A DNA stretch of 64,000 bases from Eledone cirrhosa. Its lineage: Eukaryota. A program made the position numbers and the translations under genes. Shown here piece after piece: positions 1 through 10,800 of the stretch; within the stretch, counting starts at the first letter, position 1; every line of letters starts with the position of its first letter. Below the pieces are notes generated by a model. The model worked only from the letters and a program-made list of their open reading frames with translations, was not told where the DNA came from and searched no databases. The stretch spans positions 27,404,001-27,468,000 of the forward strand of contig OZ024764.1 in the NCBI GenBank assembly GCA_964016885.1. The letters are read 5' to 3'.

Positions 1-397
1 GTGAAGTCCTTTAGTATAGGTCAACTGGGAAACTATAACACATATAACCCTATCAGTGAAGCCCTCTGGGAAACTATAACACATATAACTCTATCAGTGA
101 AGCCCTTTAGTATAGGTCAACTGGGAAACTATAACACATATAACCCTATCAGTGAAGTCCTTTAGTATAGGTCAACTGGGAAATTATAACACATATAACC
201 CTATCAGTGAAGTCCTTTAGTATAGGTCAACTGGGAAACTATAACACATATAACCCTATCAGTGAAGTCCTTTAGTATAGGTCAACAGGGAAACTATAAC
301 ACATATAACCCTATCAGTGAAGTCCTTTAGTATAGGTCAACTGGGAAATTATAACACATATAACCCTATCAGTGAAGTCCTTTAGTATAGGTCAACT
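1..397. repeat. 55-bp minisatellite (GTGAAGTCCTTTAGTATAGGTCAACTGGGAAACTATAACACATATAACCCTATCA), ~7 copies, runs off the window start
   Basis: GTGAAG recurs at 152, 207, 262, 317, 372 (period 55); one shortened unit at 56-96. Confidence 0.97.
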
Positions 398-486
398 AAC
401 AGAAGTATTACGGGTATGGAAAAAATTCTAAATAAGCCTACAAGAGTCATTGCGTGCCACTCTGACTGGTCAGGTGGGCTCGATTG

Positions 487-516
487 TGGCCCGCGGGCCG
501 CCTGTTGTACGCCCCT
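487..516 (+). mobile_element. hAT/Charlie-like MITE terminal fragment (second copy near 41266-41295)
   Basis: TGGCCCGCGGGCCG...GTTGTACGCCCCT resembles the Charlie-family terminus GGCCCGCGGGCCG..TTTGCCGACCCCTG (recalled consensus); matching other end not found. Confidence 0.4.
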
Positions 517-549
517 CCTTTAGACAGTATATCTATCACTGTTAAGTAA

Positions 550-759
550 TACTGTGATCTGTCGGCCAACTACATTTTCCAGCCTGTGGCGTTTGGGGGA
601 GTCGGGATACTGACTGCGAGATTCCTATCTTCACTGGCGGCTAGCCTGACGAAGGTGACTGGTGAAGCTCGTGAGGGCACTTGGTTGTTCCAGCTCCTCA
701 GCCTCGCCATCGCCCGAGGTAACGCTGCAGACGTGCTGGCTTGCCTAAAAAATCATTAG
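550..759 (+). pseudogene. C-terminal fragment of a CRE-clade-like non-LTR retrotransposon restriction-like endonuclease (RLE) domain
   Basis: Manual translation YCDLSANYIFQPVAFGGVGILTARFLSSLAASLTKVTGEAREGTWLFQLLSLAIARGNAADVLACLKNH* fits the F.P.A.E..G / FL..L / TG..R / WL.Q.LS.A..RGNA pattern; preceded by an in-frame stop; not in the ORF track. Confidence 0.75.
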
Positions 760-842
760 AGAGGTTTCCCAGTGCTCCTCGTGATACTGTTATCTTTTGA
801 TCTAGTAGCAGCTCGTTTGTCCACCCCTTTCGCCTGCCTTTG

Positions 843-1030
843 GTTGTATGTCGTCCTAGATGTGGGTATTACCTGCTTGTGTGTTGTATGTGGTCCTAGA
901 TGTGTGTATTACCTGCTTATGTGGTCCTAGATGTATGTATTACCTGCTGGTGTGTTGTATGTGGTCCCAGATGTGTGGATTACCTGTTTTTGTGTTGTAT
1001 GTGGTCCCAAATGTGTGTGCTACCCGCTTC
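843..1030. repeat. ~40-bp minisatellite (GTTGTATGTGGTCCTAGATGTGTGTATTACCTGCTTGTGT), ~5 diverged copies
   Basis: Direct repeats seen in sequence; explains ORFs 860..1108 and 900..1100. Confidence 0.9.
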
Positions 1031-1729
1031 TGTGATTTGTTTCTTCTTTCTCTCTTCCGAGAAACAATCCTGTATTTTTTTAATCTATTCCATGCGTTAA
1101 GTAATTAGCAGCAACAACAAACCGATTTTCAGTTGTAAAAAGAATCTTTAAACCTTCACCATTTACATTAACACATACCATACGTTGTCCCAGCCACAAA
1201 TAAACAGTAAAAAAAACTTACTTTGCGGTTAAATTCTTCACAATTAAAAGAAAAATATTTCTAACACGTTTCTAGACAACACCAAGTTTACACCTTCAAT
1301 ATCCGGTAAAAGTAAAAACAAATTCTGGAGACATTTAACGAAACGAAACTATGTAAAGAAAAACGAAAATTAAACGAAGACAAATAGTAAATTTTAATTT
1401 TTATTAAATAAAATACCAGTAATTCACTGCAGTAGATTTAATCAACTTTACTCTCTCTGCACGAAAGAAGAAAAAAATTCCTGACTTAGTGCTTAATATA
1501 TAGAGAGGGGGAGAGTTTGGTGTTACTTCATATAGAGAGGGAGAGAGTTAGTGCTAATTGATATAAAGAGGGGGATATTCAAATTATCCCCTGTGGGGCG
1601 TGCACCCCACGTTGAGAATCCCTCATAAATGAATATATGTGAGTGTGTTTCTATGACTGCTATTTCTAGCATGTATGGACACTTTAGAAATAGCAGCGAA
1701 AAACGGAAAACAGCAGAAAGAAGGACACA

Positions 1730-1955
1730 CACCTATATATATATATATATATATATACCAGCTATACACTCACCCATACATATATATATATACCAGCTAT
1801 ACACACACCCATATCTACGTATAGGTGTGTGTGCGCGCGTGTATGTATATATAAATATATATATTTAAATGTATATATCTGTGCATATATATATGTATAT
1901 ATGTATATATATATATATATATACAGATACATAATTATATATATATATATATACG
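1730..1955. repeat. (TA)n/(TG)n low-complexity tract
   Basis: Direct inspection. Confidence 0.9.
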
Positions 1956-2014
1956 TGTGTGACCTTCTTTCTTATGTTTCCCGTGTTTTGCTGCTATTTC
2001 TAAAGTGTCCATAT

Positions 2015-2415
2015 ATGCTAGAAATAGCAGTCAAATACACCAAACAAACTGCACACCCGCAACATTTTTGCCTCGATTTTTGCGATTAAGTAAGACAAGA
2101 GTTATCTTTCTTGGCAAATTGTTAAAAAACTTTTGCCTGATTTTAAGCCAAAGTTTTTTAATGGCTGCCACTTCCGGTTTTTGTTGTGCGTCTACAGGAC
2201 TGCAGTAAACCTGCTAGAAATAGCAGTCATAGCAACACACTCACATATATTTATTTATGAGGGATTCTCAACGTGGGGTGCACGCCCCACAGGGGATAAT
2301 TTGAATATAATAGGGGTCAATTTGAAAGTCATATAATACGACCCAACTCCCTGTTACACTTCGTATACACATGTTATCGTGTATCTGGCAGCACCTGCGA
2401 GAAGTTTGTTTACAT
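2015..2415 (+). repeat. Dispersed repeat (GCTAGAAATAGCAGTC family plus hAT-MITE end), single arm; partial inverted copy at 1575-1670
   Basis: Near-identical to 3710-4130; the same MxDFKPKFFNGCHF pseudo-ORF is listed at seven positions. Confidence 0.85.
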
Positions 2416-2441
2416 TAATAAAAACGATGATTCGTTGTCTT

Positions 2442-2775
2442 CAGTAGTTCCAAACCTTTTTTGCTCCATGCCCCACCTCAACGTTTAAAAATTAGGTTTA
2501 TGTTCCCCTTTAATATAGAAATAAACCGAGTCTTGTAAAAGTGTTACTACTGTAATATAAAGTAGAAATGCTTTAATTAAACAAAGCTACGATGCCGCGA
2601 TGATCAAAACAAACTTCAAAATATAAACAAACTTCTCGTAGCTGCTGCCAGATACAGGATAACATGTGAACAAAGTGTAACTGGAAGTTTGGTCGTATTA
2701 TATCACTTTCTAATTGGCCCCTATTAAATTCAAATTGCCCCCTGTGGGGCGTGTACCCTTCGTTGAGAATCCCTG
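2442..2775. mobile_element. ~334-bp hAT/Charlie-like MITE with imperfect 14-bp TIRs
   Basis: Left end CAGTAGTTCCAAAC; right end GTTGAGAATCCCTG (reverse complement CAGGGATTCTCAAC); CAG(T/G)G termini are typical of hAT; no clear 8-bp TSD. Confidence 0.55.
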
Positions 2776-3061
2776 ATATATAAATATACATAAGTGTGTT
2801 GTTATGACTGCTATTTCTAGTAGGTTTATGGCTGTCCTGTAGACGCACAACAAAAACCGGAAGTGGCAGCCATTAAAAAACTTTGGCTTAAAATCAGCCA
2901 AAAGATTTTCAATAATAGTAAAATTTTATTTTTGACAAGGACGATAACTTTTGTCTTACTTAATCGCAAAAATCGAGGCAAAAATTTTGCGGGTGTGCAG
3001 TTTACACGCTAAAATAAACCTGCTAGAAATAGCAGTTATAGCAACTCACATATATTTATAT

Positions 3062-3095
<34 letters not shown>

Positions 3096-3504
3096 CCAAA
3101 CACACACCCTTATATATGTACGTGTGTGTGTGTTGACCGCTATATATATATATAGCAGCCAAACACATACACAGACACACATATATATATATACATGTGT
3201 GTGTATATGTGTGTGTCCTCCTCTCGTCTATGGCTGTTATTTTTACATTGTCCTTTTTGTTATTTTTCTCGGGATTTGCCCGGATTCGAACATGCGACCA
3301 CCTATTTACAATATAGAATCTTTACAGCTTTACTGATTTTTAAGTAATCCAAGTTGTAACCCCGGATTTAGTAGTGTTTAATTTATTTTGAAGTATTTTA
3401 TTATTGGCCTTAGTTAGACGATCGTCCAAGACCATGCTGGGGCATATATATATATATGTATATATATGTGTGTGTGTGTGTGTATGCTGGGGCATATATA
3501 TATA

Positions 3505-3549
<45 letters not shown>

Positions 3550-4248
3550 GTGTGTGTGTGCTAGGGCATATATATATATATGTGTGTGTGTATATATATA
3601 TATATGTGTGTGTGTCCTTTCTGTTATTCGCTGCTATTTCTAAAGTGTCAATATATATATCATATATATATATATATGATATATAAATATATGTAAGTGA
3701 GTTGCTATGACTGCTATTTCTAGCAGGTTTATTTTTAGCGTGTAAACTGCACACCCTCAAAATTTTTGCCTCGATTTTTGCGATTAAGTAAGACAAAAGT
3801 TATCGTCCTTGTCAAAAATAAAATTTTACTATTATTGAAAATCTTTTGGCTGATTTTAAGCCAAAGTTTTTTAATGGCTGCCACTTCCGGTTTTTGTTGT
3901 GCGTCTACAGGACTGCAGTAAACCTGCTAGAAATAGCAGTCATAGCAACACACTCACATATATTTATTTATGAGGGATTCTCAACGTGGGGTGCACGCCC
4001 CACAGCGGATAATTTGAATATAATAGGGGTCAATTTGAAAGTCATATAATACGACCCAACTCCCTGTTACACTTCGTATACACATGTTATCGTGTATCTG
4101 GCAGCACCTGCGAGAAGTTTGTTTACATTTTGGCGTTTGCTTTGATGATCGCTGCATCGCAGCTTTGTTTAAATAAAGGGTTTCTACTTTATATTACAGT
4201 AATAACACTTTTACAAGACTCGGATTGTTTTTATATTAAAGGGGACAT
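2500..4248. mobile_element. Fold-back composite: ~560-bp inverted arms (2500-3065 / 3675-4248) around a microsatellite-rich core
   Basis: Arms read as reverse complements along their length, e.g. ATGTTCCCCTTTAATAT vs ATATTAAAGGGGACAT and GCTAGAAATAGCAGTTATAGCAACTCAC vs GTGAGTTGCTATGACTGCTATTTCTAGC. Confidence 0.8.
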
Positions 4249-4871
4249 GTTTTTTAAACTCTGAACTCAGCATCTTTCTGTTGTTCTCCGGGATTCTAGC
4301 AAAGTATAAAAATATATATATATATATATAGATATATATATATATATCTGGCAGTCAACCTCAGACTCGAAAAAGCCGCCGCTAATCGTGATCGTTGGGC
4401 TTCCACTGGGCACCATTAGCTGGTTGTGATCATTGGAGAATTCTTTCTGCGCTGAAAGAGCCTAGGACAAAAATATATATATATAGATGTCGAAACGGCA
4501 GTAGCACAGCCGTTGGGGTCCTGAATATTTTCACATCTATATATGTGTGTGTATTCTGCGACATTTATAATTACATAAGCAAGCATATTTGAATAACAAA
4601 ATTTGAGGTTTAAATACTTTATTTTTTACCAATAACATAGAGAAAGGCATGAACAACACCACATGTTAATTACTTTAATATTGAAAGTAGGCTTATAAAT
4701 ATTAAAAAAGCAGATTTTTGTATCTTTCATGGTGGTCTGGTGGGTGATACCAGAGATGGTGGTAGTCCTGGTTTCGGTTTCAATCCTGGTCATGGGTTAC
4801 ATATAAGGTCTCATTTTTTTTTTCTTTCTTTCAGTTTTCTTCTTATCTCTAGATATAAATATATATACATA

Positions 4872-4979
4872 AGGTAATTTGGTAGAATTGTTAGAACATC
4901 AGATAGAATTCTTTGCAGTATTTTTCCTGTTCTTTACTCTGAGTTCAACTTTACCTTTCTTCCATTCGGTGTCGATAAG
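4872..4979 (+). mobile_element. Degenerate tRNA-derived SINE fragment (copies near 46288-46395 and 48884-48990)
   Basis: TGGTAGAATTGTTAGAAC..GAGTTCAACTTTACCTTTCTTCCATTCGGTGTCGATAA aligns by eye with the reverse complement of the SINE at 6845-7013. Confidence 0.6.
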
Positions 4980-5676
4980 TCTTGAATATGTCTAACGTAG
5001 CAATAACTGGAGCTACTTAACCAAGTTTTCCCAACCTAGTCGATGTCACCTACTGGTTGGCGATTTAAACTGTTGGCTGGGACAATGACCAACTAATCAG
5101 TCAGATTCGAACTCACTATGTCTGGCATATATTTTATATTTTATATTTGAATGAAGTTCTGTAAGTAACCTGGTGGCTTAGATGGCAATACTGCTCGAAT
5201 AGATGGCTTCTATTATGAAGTTATAAGTTCATTCCCTATCCAGGATTGTAGAATTAATTTTATTTAGTTATTATTTAATCAATTGTTTTAACAAACAAAT
5301 TCTGTCTATAAAACGCCAAATATAGTGAGTTCAAATCTGACTGACATGCATGGTATATATTTATGTTTCATTATACAGCGACACAATACACAGGAACTTA
5401 TAAAGATATGTATATATTGTCCAGGAGTTTCGAGTTTAGTGGGAATTGGTACAACTCTCAATTGGAGCTAGTCCCTGCAAGACCAGCATAAATAATGTTA
5501 TACCTTTTCATGAATTCTTGCACACCCGATATTTTATACATGATTATCTAAAGGTGAACAAAAACCAAAGAACATTGTGCAGCATTTCTCAACCTTTCTA
5601 CCCATGTCGATCTCTTGAAATAGTTTTTATGTCTCAGGGAAGCCCTGCATAAAATATACTTTTTCTATCTCTAGAG

Positions 5677-5730
5677 CAGTGGTTCCCAAATCGTGTGCTG
5701 CGAGATGAAACAAGATGAGCTGCAAAAGAC
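5677..5730 (+). mobile_element. hAT/Charlie-like 5' terminus fragment (also near 27817, 47093, 49674)
   Basis: CAGTGGTTCCCAAA immediately preceded by CTCTAGAG, the NTCTAGAN target preference of Charlie elements; other end not found. Confidence 0.5.
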
Positions 5731-6375
5731 TAAGATTAAGTTTTATGATGTGAAAAATATAAAACTGAAATTTCATATAAAAGTTCAAATATAGCTACAG
5801 CCACAAACCTAGGCTCCACACCCCGCAATGCAGAGGATAGTAAGATAGTACCAAGGCCTGACTCACCTCTTCCACTCCATTGAGACCTCTGCCATACTTG
5901 GTCCCTGTACTGCTGATTTCCTCCATAAAGTCGGGAGGAAAGATGACAGGAGCCTCATGAGGAGGGGCGACTATTGTAGCAGGTGTCTCTGGCCTTGCTC
6001 CGAGGTAACGCTTTTACGTTTCTTCCACAGGTTGCGGCTGAGCGACCACTTAGACTGGGGTGAAGTGTTTGTCCCTCCCCCGACTTCTTACTTCTTTTTT
6101 TTTCTCCTTTTCATTTTCTTTTCTCTTCTTGCTTATCTCTGCTATACCACGGCATCAAAAACATATATGATATATGTATGTATGGTATAGGTGTATTTAT
6201 ATTTAGGATAGTTATCAAAGGTAAATAGACTGGTTGGAGCAATAACAGTCTTGTTTATGTATATACATATATATATATATTTACATGTTTGTTCTTGTAT
6301 TTCCATAGAAAAGGTAAAGAAAAGAAGAGTGCTCTATGTATTGTACAGAGCTATTTAATTACATAATAAACAACA

Positions 6376-7120
6376 GAATGGAAAACATTCAGACAGAGAA
6401 GAATGGATAATGAGCGTTGTAAGAGAAATTGGCCAACAATTAATATTAATGGAAATGTAGAAGAATTTCATATTAGTGATATGAATGTTTCGTGTGATCA
6501 CTGTGGAGCTTTGAAATTTAGAAATGAAAATTGTAACTGTTGTAATAAAGGAAAGGTTGTGTTGCCACCATTGCAAATATACCCTGAGAGACTGAGAAAT
6601 CTCTTTGAAAGAGGCCAGGAAGCAGTTGATTTCACAGAAACATCTGCAATTAAAACTACATTTATTTCACTTCATTTGGTGTTACCACCCGGCAGAGGCC
6701 CGTATAGCTTTCATATTCAGGGTCAAACATATCACTACACCCCCATCTCTGTAACCTGCAGAAAATACACCACAATATGACCAGTTATATATTATTTATG
6801 GGAACGAAGGTGTGTAGCACAGATTGGAAGTACAACCAAATAATTGTTTCTGGCACAAGGCCAGCAATTACTGGTACTTTATTCTATCGACCTCATAAGG
6901 ATGAAAACAAAGTCAACCTTGGAGGGATTTGAACCCAGAACGTAAATGGCCATAACCCTATGCTGTAAAGCATGGTGTCTGGCGCTCTACCGATACTGCC
7001 AATCCACTGCCCTAGTACCAACAAATAATGACTGCTCACCATAAAAAATGGCTATGATAAGAGAAGTGTTGCATGAACGTAATTCATATGTCGAAGTGTA
7101 CAATACAATGCATGGCATCA
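6376..7120 (+). pseudogene. Helitron RepHel pseudogene copy A, N-terminal part only
   Basis: M...CDHCGALKF.NE..CCNKGKV.LPPL, PGRGPYSF.IQGQTYH, QLYI, then LHE.N.YV; frameshifts and stops; SINE inserted; breaks after GGCATCA. Confidence 0.88.
6845..7013 (-). mobile_element. 169-bp tRNA-derived SINE inserted in the Helitron, with 16-bp TSD
   Basis: Minus strand has A-box TGGCAGTATCGG and B-box GGGTTCAAATCC; flanked by AGTACAACCAAATAAT / AGTACCAACAAATAAT; removing it restores the frame RLEVQPNNDCSP.KMAMIREVLHE. Confidence 0.85.
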
Positions 7121-7682
7121 CAAATGAATATATATATATATATATATATATACTACTAAAGTGTATGTAAAATTTTAAAATAAATACTTAAATTCAATTT
7201 GTATAATTACACATACAATATGTTTTGTTGTAAAACCCTAAATAATGATTTAAGAAATGATGTCAATCTCTTTGTACAGAGAAAAACAATTTATATATAT
7301 GCATTGTGTGCGCGTGTATACTCCATTTAAGACATTGAAAAACCTAGTACCTCCTTCAAAGAATGCCAAATAGTTTATGCCTAAGGTGTAACACTAATTA
7401 AGTTACCGGTGTAGATATTTCAGTTGAACCCTGCTTCAAACATGCATATTATTATTATATATTTTCAAACACACTTACATACATTATATTTATACACATA
7501 GAAATAATAAGTTAAAACTAAAGTATAATGATATAACAACAGTATATAATAGTTTTCTTCACTTTATTGAAATGCAATCGTTTTAAAGAAAAAACATGAC
7601 AGTATAAGAAATATTTAATATGATAACATAATATTTCAGGTAGGATGGTGGTTTCTCTATGATGGTGGTTTCTCTTTGAACT

Positions 7683-7829
7683 AATAATTGTTTCTATTTT
7701 AGGCACAAGGTCAGTAATTAACCAGTACATTACTAGTACTTTATTTTATCGACCCCGTAAGGATGAAAGGCAAAGTTGATCTCGGATCGTAAAGGGACGT
7801 AACTATGCTGGAAAGCATGGCGTCAGACC
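7683..7829 (-). mobile_element. SINE of the same family, truncated by the GA satellite
   Basis: TAGTACTTTATTTTATCGACCCCGTAAGGATGAAAGGCAAAG; a longer version is at 51697-51869. Confidence 0.8.
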
Positions 7830-10800
7830 CGAGAGACAGAGAGAGCGAGATGACACGAGACAGAGAGCGAGATGAAATGAGAGAGAGAGAGAGAGAGATG
7901 AAACGAGAGAGAGAGTGCGAGATGAAACGAGAGTGAGAGAGCGAGATGAAACGAGAGAGTGAGAGCGAGATGAAATGAGAGAGAGAGAGAACGAGATGAA
8001 ATGAGAGAGAGAGAGAGCGAGATGAAATGAGACATAGAGAGATGAAACGAGAGAGAGATGAAACGAGAAAGAGAGGAAACGAGAGAGAGGAAACGTGAGT
8101 AGAGAGCGAGATGAAACAGGAGAGAGAGAGCGAGATGAAAGGAGAGGGAGAGAGAGATGAAACGAGAGAGCGAGAGAGAGATAGAGGGAAATGAAACGAC
8201 AGAGAGAGAGACAGATGAAACGAGGGATATAGAGATGAAACGAGAGAGAGAGATGAAACGAGAGAGAGGAAGAGAGAGATAGAACGAGAGAGAGGAAGAG
8301 AGAGATGAAACGAGAGAGAAGAAGACAGAGGTGAAACGAGAGAGAGAGAGAGCGAGATGAAACGAGAGAGAGAGCGAGATGAAACGAGAGAGAGGAAGAG
8401 AGAGAGCGAGAGATGAAACTCTGTCATGGACATATCTGACCCTGGGGCTAATAATTGTCATGTAATGTTATGGACATCTCTGCCCCTGTGGCTAATAATT
8501 ATGTCATGTAATGTTATGGACATCTCTGCCCCTGTGGCTAATAATTCTGTCATGTAATGTTATGGAAATCTCTGCCCCTGTGGCTAATAATTCTGACAGG
8601 TAATGTTATGGAATCTCTGCCCCTGTGGCTAATAAATCTGTCATTTAATGTTACGGACATCTCTGCCACTGTGGCTAATAAATCTGTCATGTAATGTTAT
8701 GGACATCTCTGCCCCTGTGGCTAATAATTCTGACATGTAATGTTATGGACATCTCTGCCCCTGTAGCTAATAATTCTGACATGTAATGTTATGGACATCT
8801 CTGCCCCTGTGGCTAATAAATTCGTCATGTAATGTTATGGACATCTCTGCCCCTGTGGCTAATAAATCTGTCATGTAATGTTATGGACATCTCTGCCCCT
8901 GTGGCTAATAATTCTGACATGTAATGTTATGGACATCTCTGCCCCTGTGGCTAATAATTCTGACATGTAATGTTATGGACATCTCTGCCCCTGTGGCTAA
9001 TAATTCTGAGAGAGATGAAACAAGTGAGGGATTAGAGAGAGATGAAACAAGTGAGGGATTAGAGTGTTGAAACAAGAGAGAGAGAGAAAGAGAGAGTGAG
9101 AGCGAGATGAAACGAGAGAGAGAGAGAGAGCGAGATGAAATGAGAGAGAGAGAGCGAGATGAAATGAGAGAGAGAGAGCGAGATGAAACGAGACAGAGAG
9201 AGCGGGATGAAACGTGACAGAGAGAGCAAGAGCGAGATGAAACGAGACAGAGAGAGCGAGATGAAACGAGAGAGAGAGAGCGAGATGAAATGAGAGAGAG
9301 AGAGCGAGATGAAATGAGAGAGAGAGAGCGAGATGAAACGAGAGAGTGAGAGCGAGATGAAACGAGACAGAGAGAGCGAGATGAAACGAGAGTAGGAGAG
9401 CTAGATGAAACGAGAGAGAGAGGAAACGAGAGATACGAAACGAGAGAGAGGAAACGAGAGTAGAGAGCGAGATGAAACAGGAGAGAGAGAGCGAGATGAA
9501 ACAGGAGAGAGAAAGCGAGATGAAACGAGAGGGAGAGAGAGATGAAACGAGAGAGCGAGAGAGAGATAGAGGGAGATGAAACGACAGAGAGAGAGACAGA
9601 TGAAACGAGGGAGATAGAGATGAAACGAGAGAGAGAGATGAAACGAGAGAGAGGAAGAGAGAGATGGAACGAGAGAGAGGAAGAGAGAGATGGAACGAGA
9701 GAGAGGAAGACAGAGATGAAACGAGAGAGAGAGAGAGCAAGATGAAACGAGAGAGAGGAAGAGAGAGATGGAACGAGAGAGAGGAAGAGAGAGATGGAAC
9801 GAGCGAGAGGAAGACAGAGATGAAACGAGACAGAGAGAGATCGAGATGAAACGAGAGAGAGGAAGAGAGAGAGCGCAAGATGAAACGAGAGAGAGAGAGA
9901 GAGCGAGATGAAACGAGAGAGAGGAAGAGAGAGAGCGCGAGATGAAACGAGAGAGAGGAAGAGAGAGAGCGCGAGATGAAGTGAGAGAGAGAGAGCGAGA
10001 TGAAATGAGAGATTGAGAGTGAGATGAAACGAGAGAGTGAGAGAGAGCGAGATGAAATGAGAGAGAGAGAGCGAGATGAAATGAGAGAGAGAGAGCGAGA
10101 TGAAATGAGAGAGAGAGAGCGAGATGAAACGAGACAGAGAGAGCGGGATGAAACGAGACAGAGAGATCGAGATGAAATGAGAGAGAGAGAGCGAGATGAA
10201 ATGAGAGAGAGAGAGCGAGATGAAACGAGAGAGTGAGAGCGAGAAGGAAAGAGTCAGAGAGAGCAAGATGATACGAGAGAGTGAGAGCTAGATGAAACGA
10301 GAGAGAGAGGAAACGAGAGAGAGAGGAAACTAGAGAGAGGAAACAAGAGAGAGGAAACGAGAGTAGAGAGCAAGATGAAACAGGAGAGAGAGAGAGCGAG
10401 ATGAAACCGGAGAGAGAGAGCGAGATGAAACGAGAGGGAGGGAGAGATGAAACGAGAGAGCGAGAGAGAGATAGAGGGAGATGAAACGAGAGAGTGATAG
10501 CTAGATGAAACGAGAGAGAGAGGAATAGAGAGATGGAACGAGAGAGAGGAAGACAGATATGAAACGAGAGAGAGAGAGAGCGAGATGAAACGAGAGAGAG
10601 GAAGAGAGAGAGCGCGAGATGAAACGAGAGAGAGAGAGCGAGATGAAACGAGAGAGAGAGAGCGAGATGAAACGAGAGAGAGAGAGCGAGATGAAACGAG
10701 AGAGAGGAAGAGAGAGAGCGCGAGATGAAAGTCTGTCATGTAATGTTATGGACATATCTGCCCTTGGGGCTAATAATTGTCATGTAATGTTATGGACATA

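Noticed and set aside
48-59. CCCTATCAGTGA in the 55-mer matches part of the tetO operator
   Set aside because: Only 12 of 19 bp; the palindromic TAGAGA half is absent; no vector sequence nearby; likely chance
2133-2336. Recurrent 67-aa ORF MxDFKPKFFNGCHF as a multicopy small gene
   Set aside because: TTG starts, spans a junction between two repeat types, no recognisable domain; recurrence is explained by the repeat
1629-3796. YI/CV/TH-rich ORFs, also near 35, 36.7, 43.7, 44.9, 59.5 and 61.2 kb
   Set aside because: Translations of (TA)n, (TG)n and (GA)n microsatellites
5699-5715. GCGAGATGAAACAAG in the hAT fragment as the seed of the GA satellite
   Set aside because: Only ~15 bp with no flanking similarity; cannot be told from chance
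6215-6320. Splice-like signals (AAG|GTAAAT ... TTTCCATAG) upstream of the Helitron ORF
   Set aside because: No coherent exon chain could be built; needs transcript evidence
9020-9070. GAGGGATTAG leader as a telomeric repeat
   Set aside because: No tandem TTAGGG; occurs only once or twice per module
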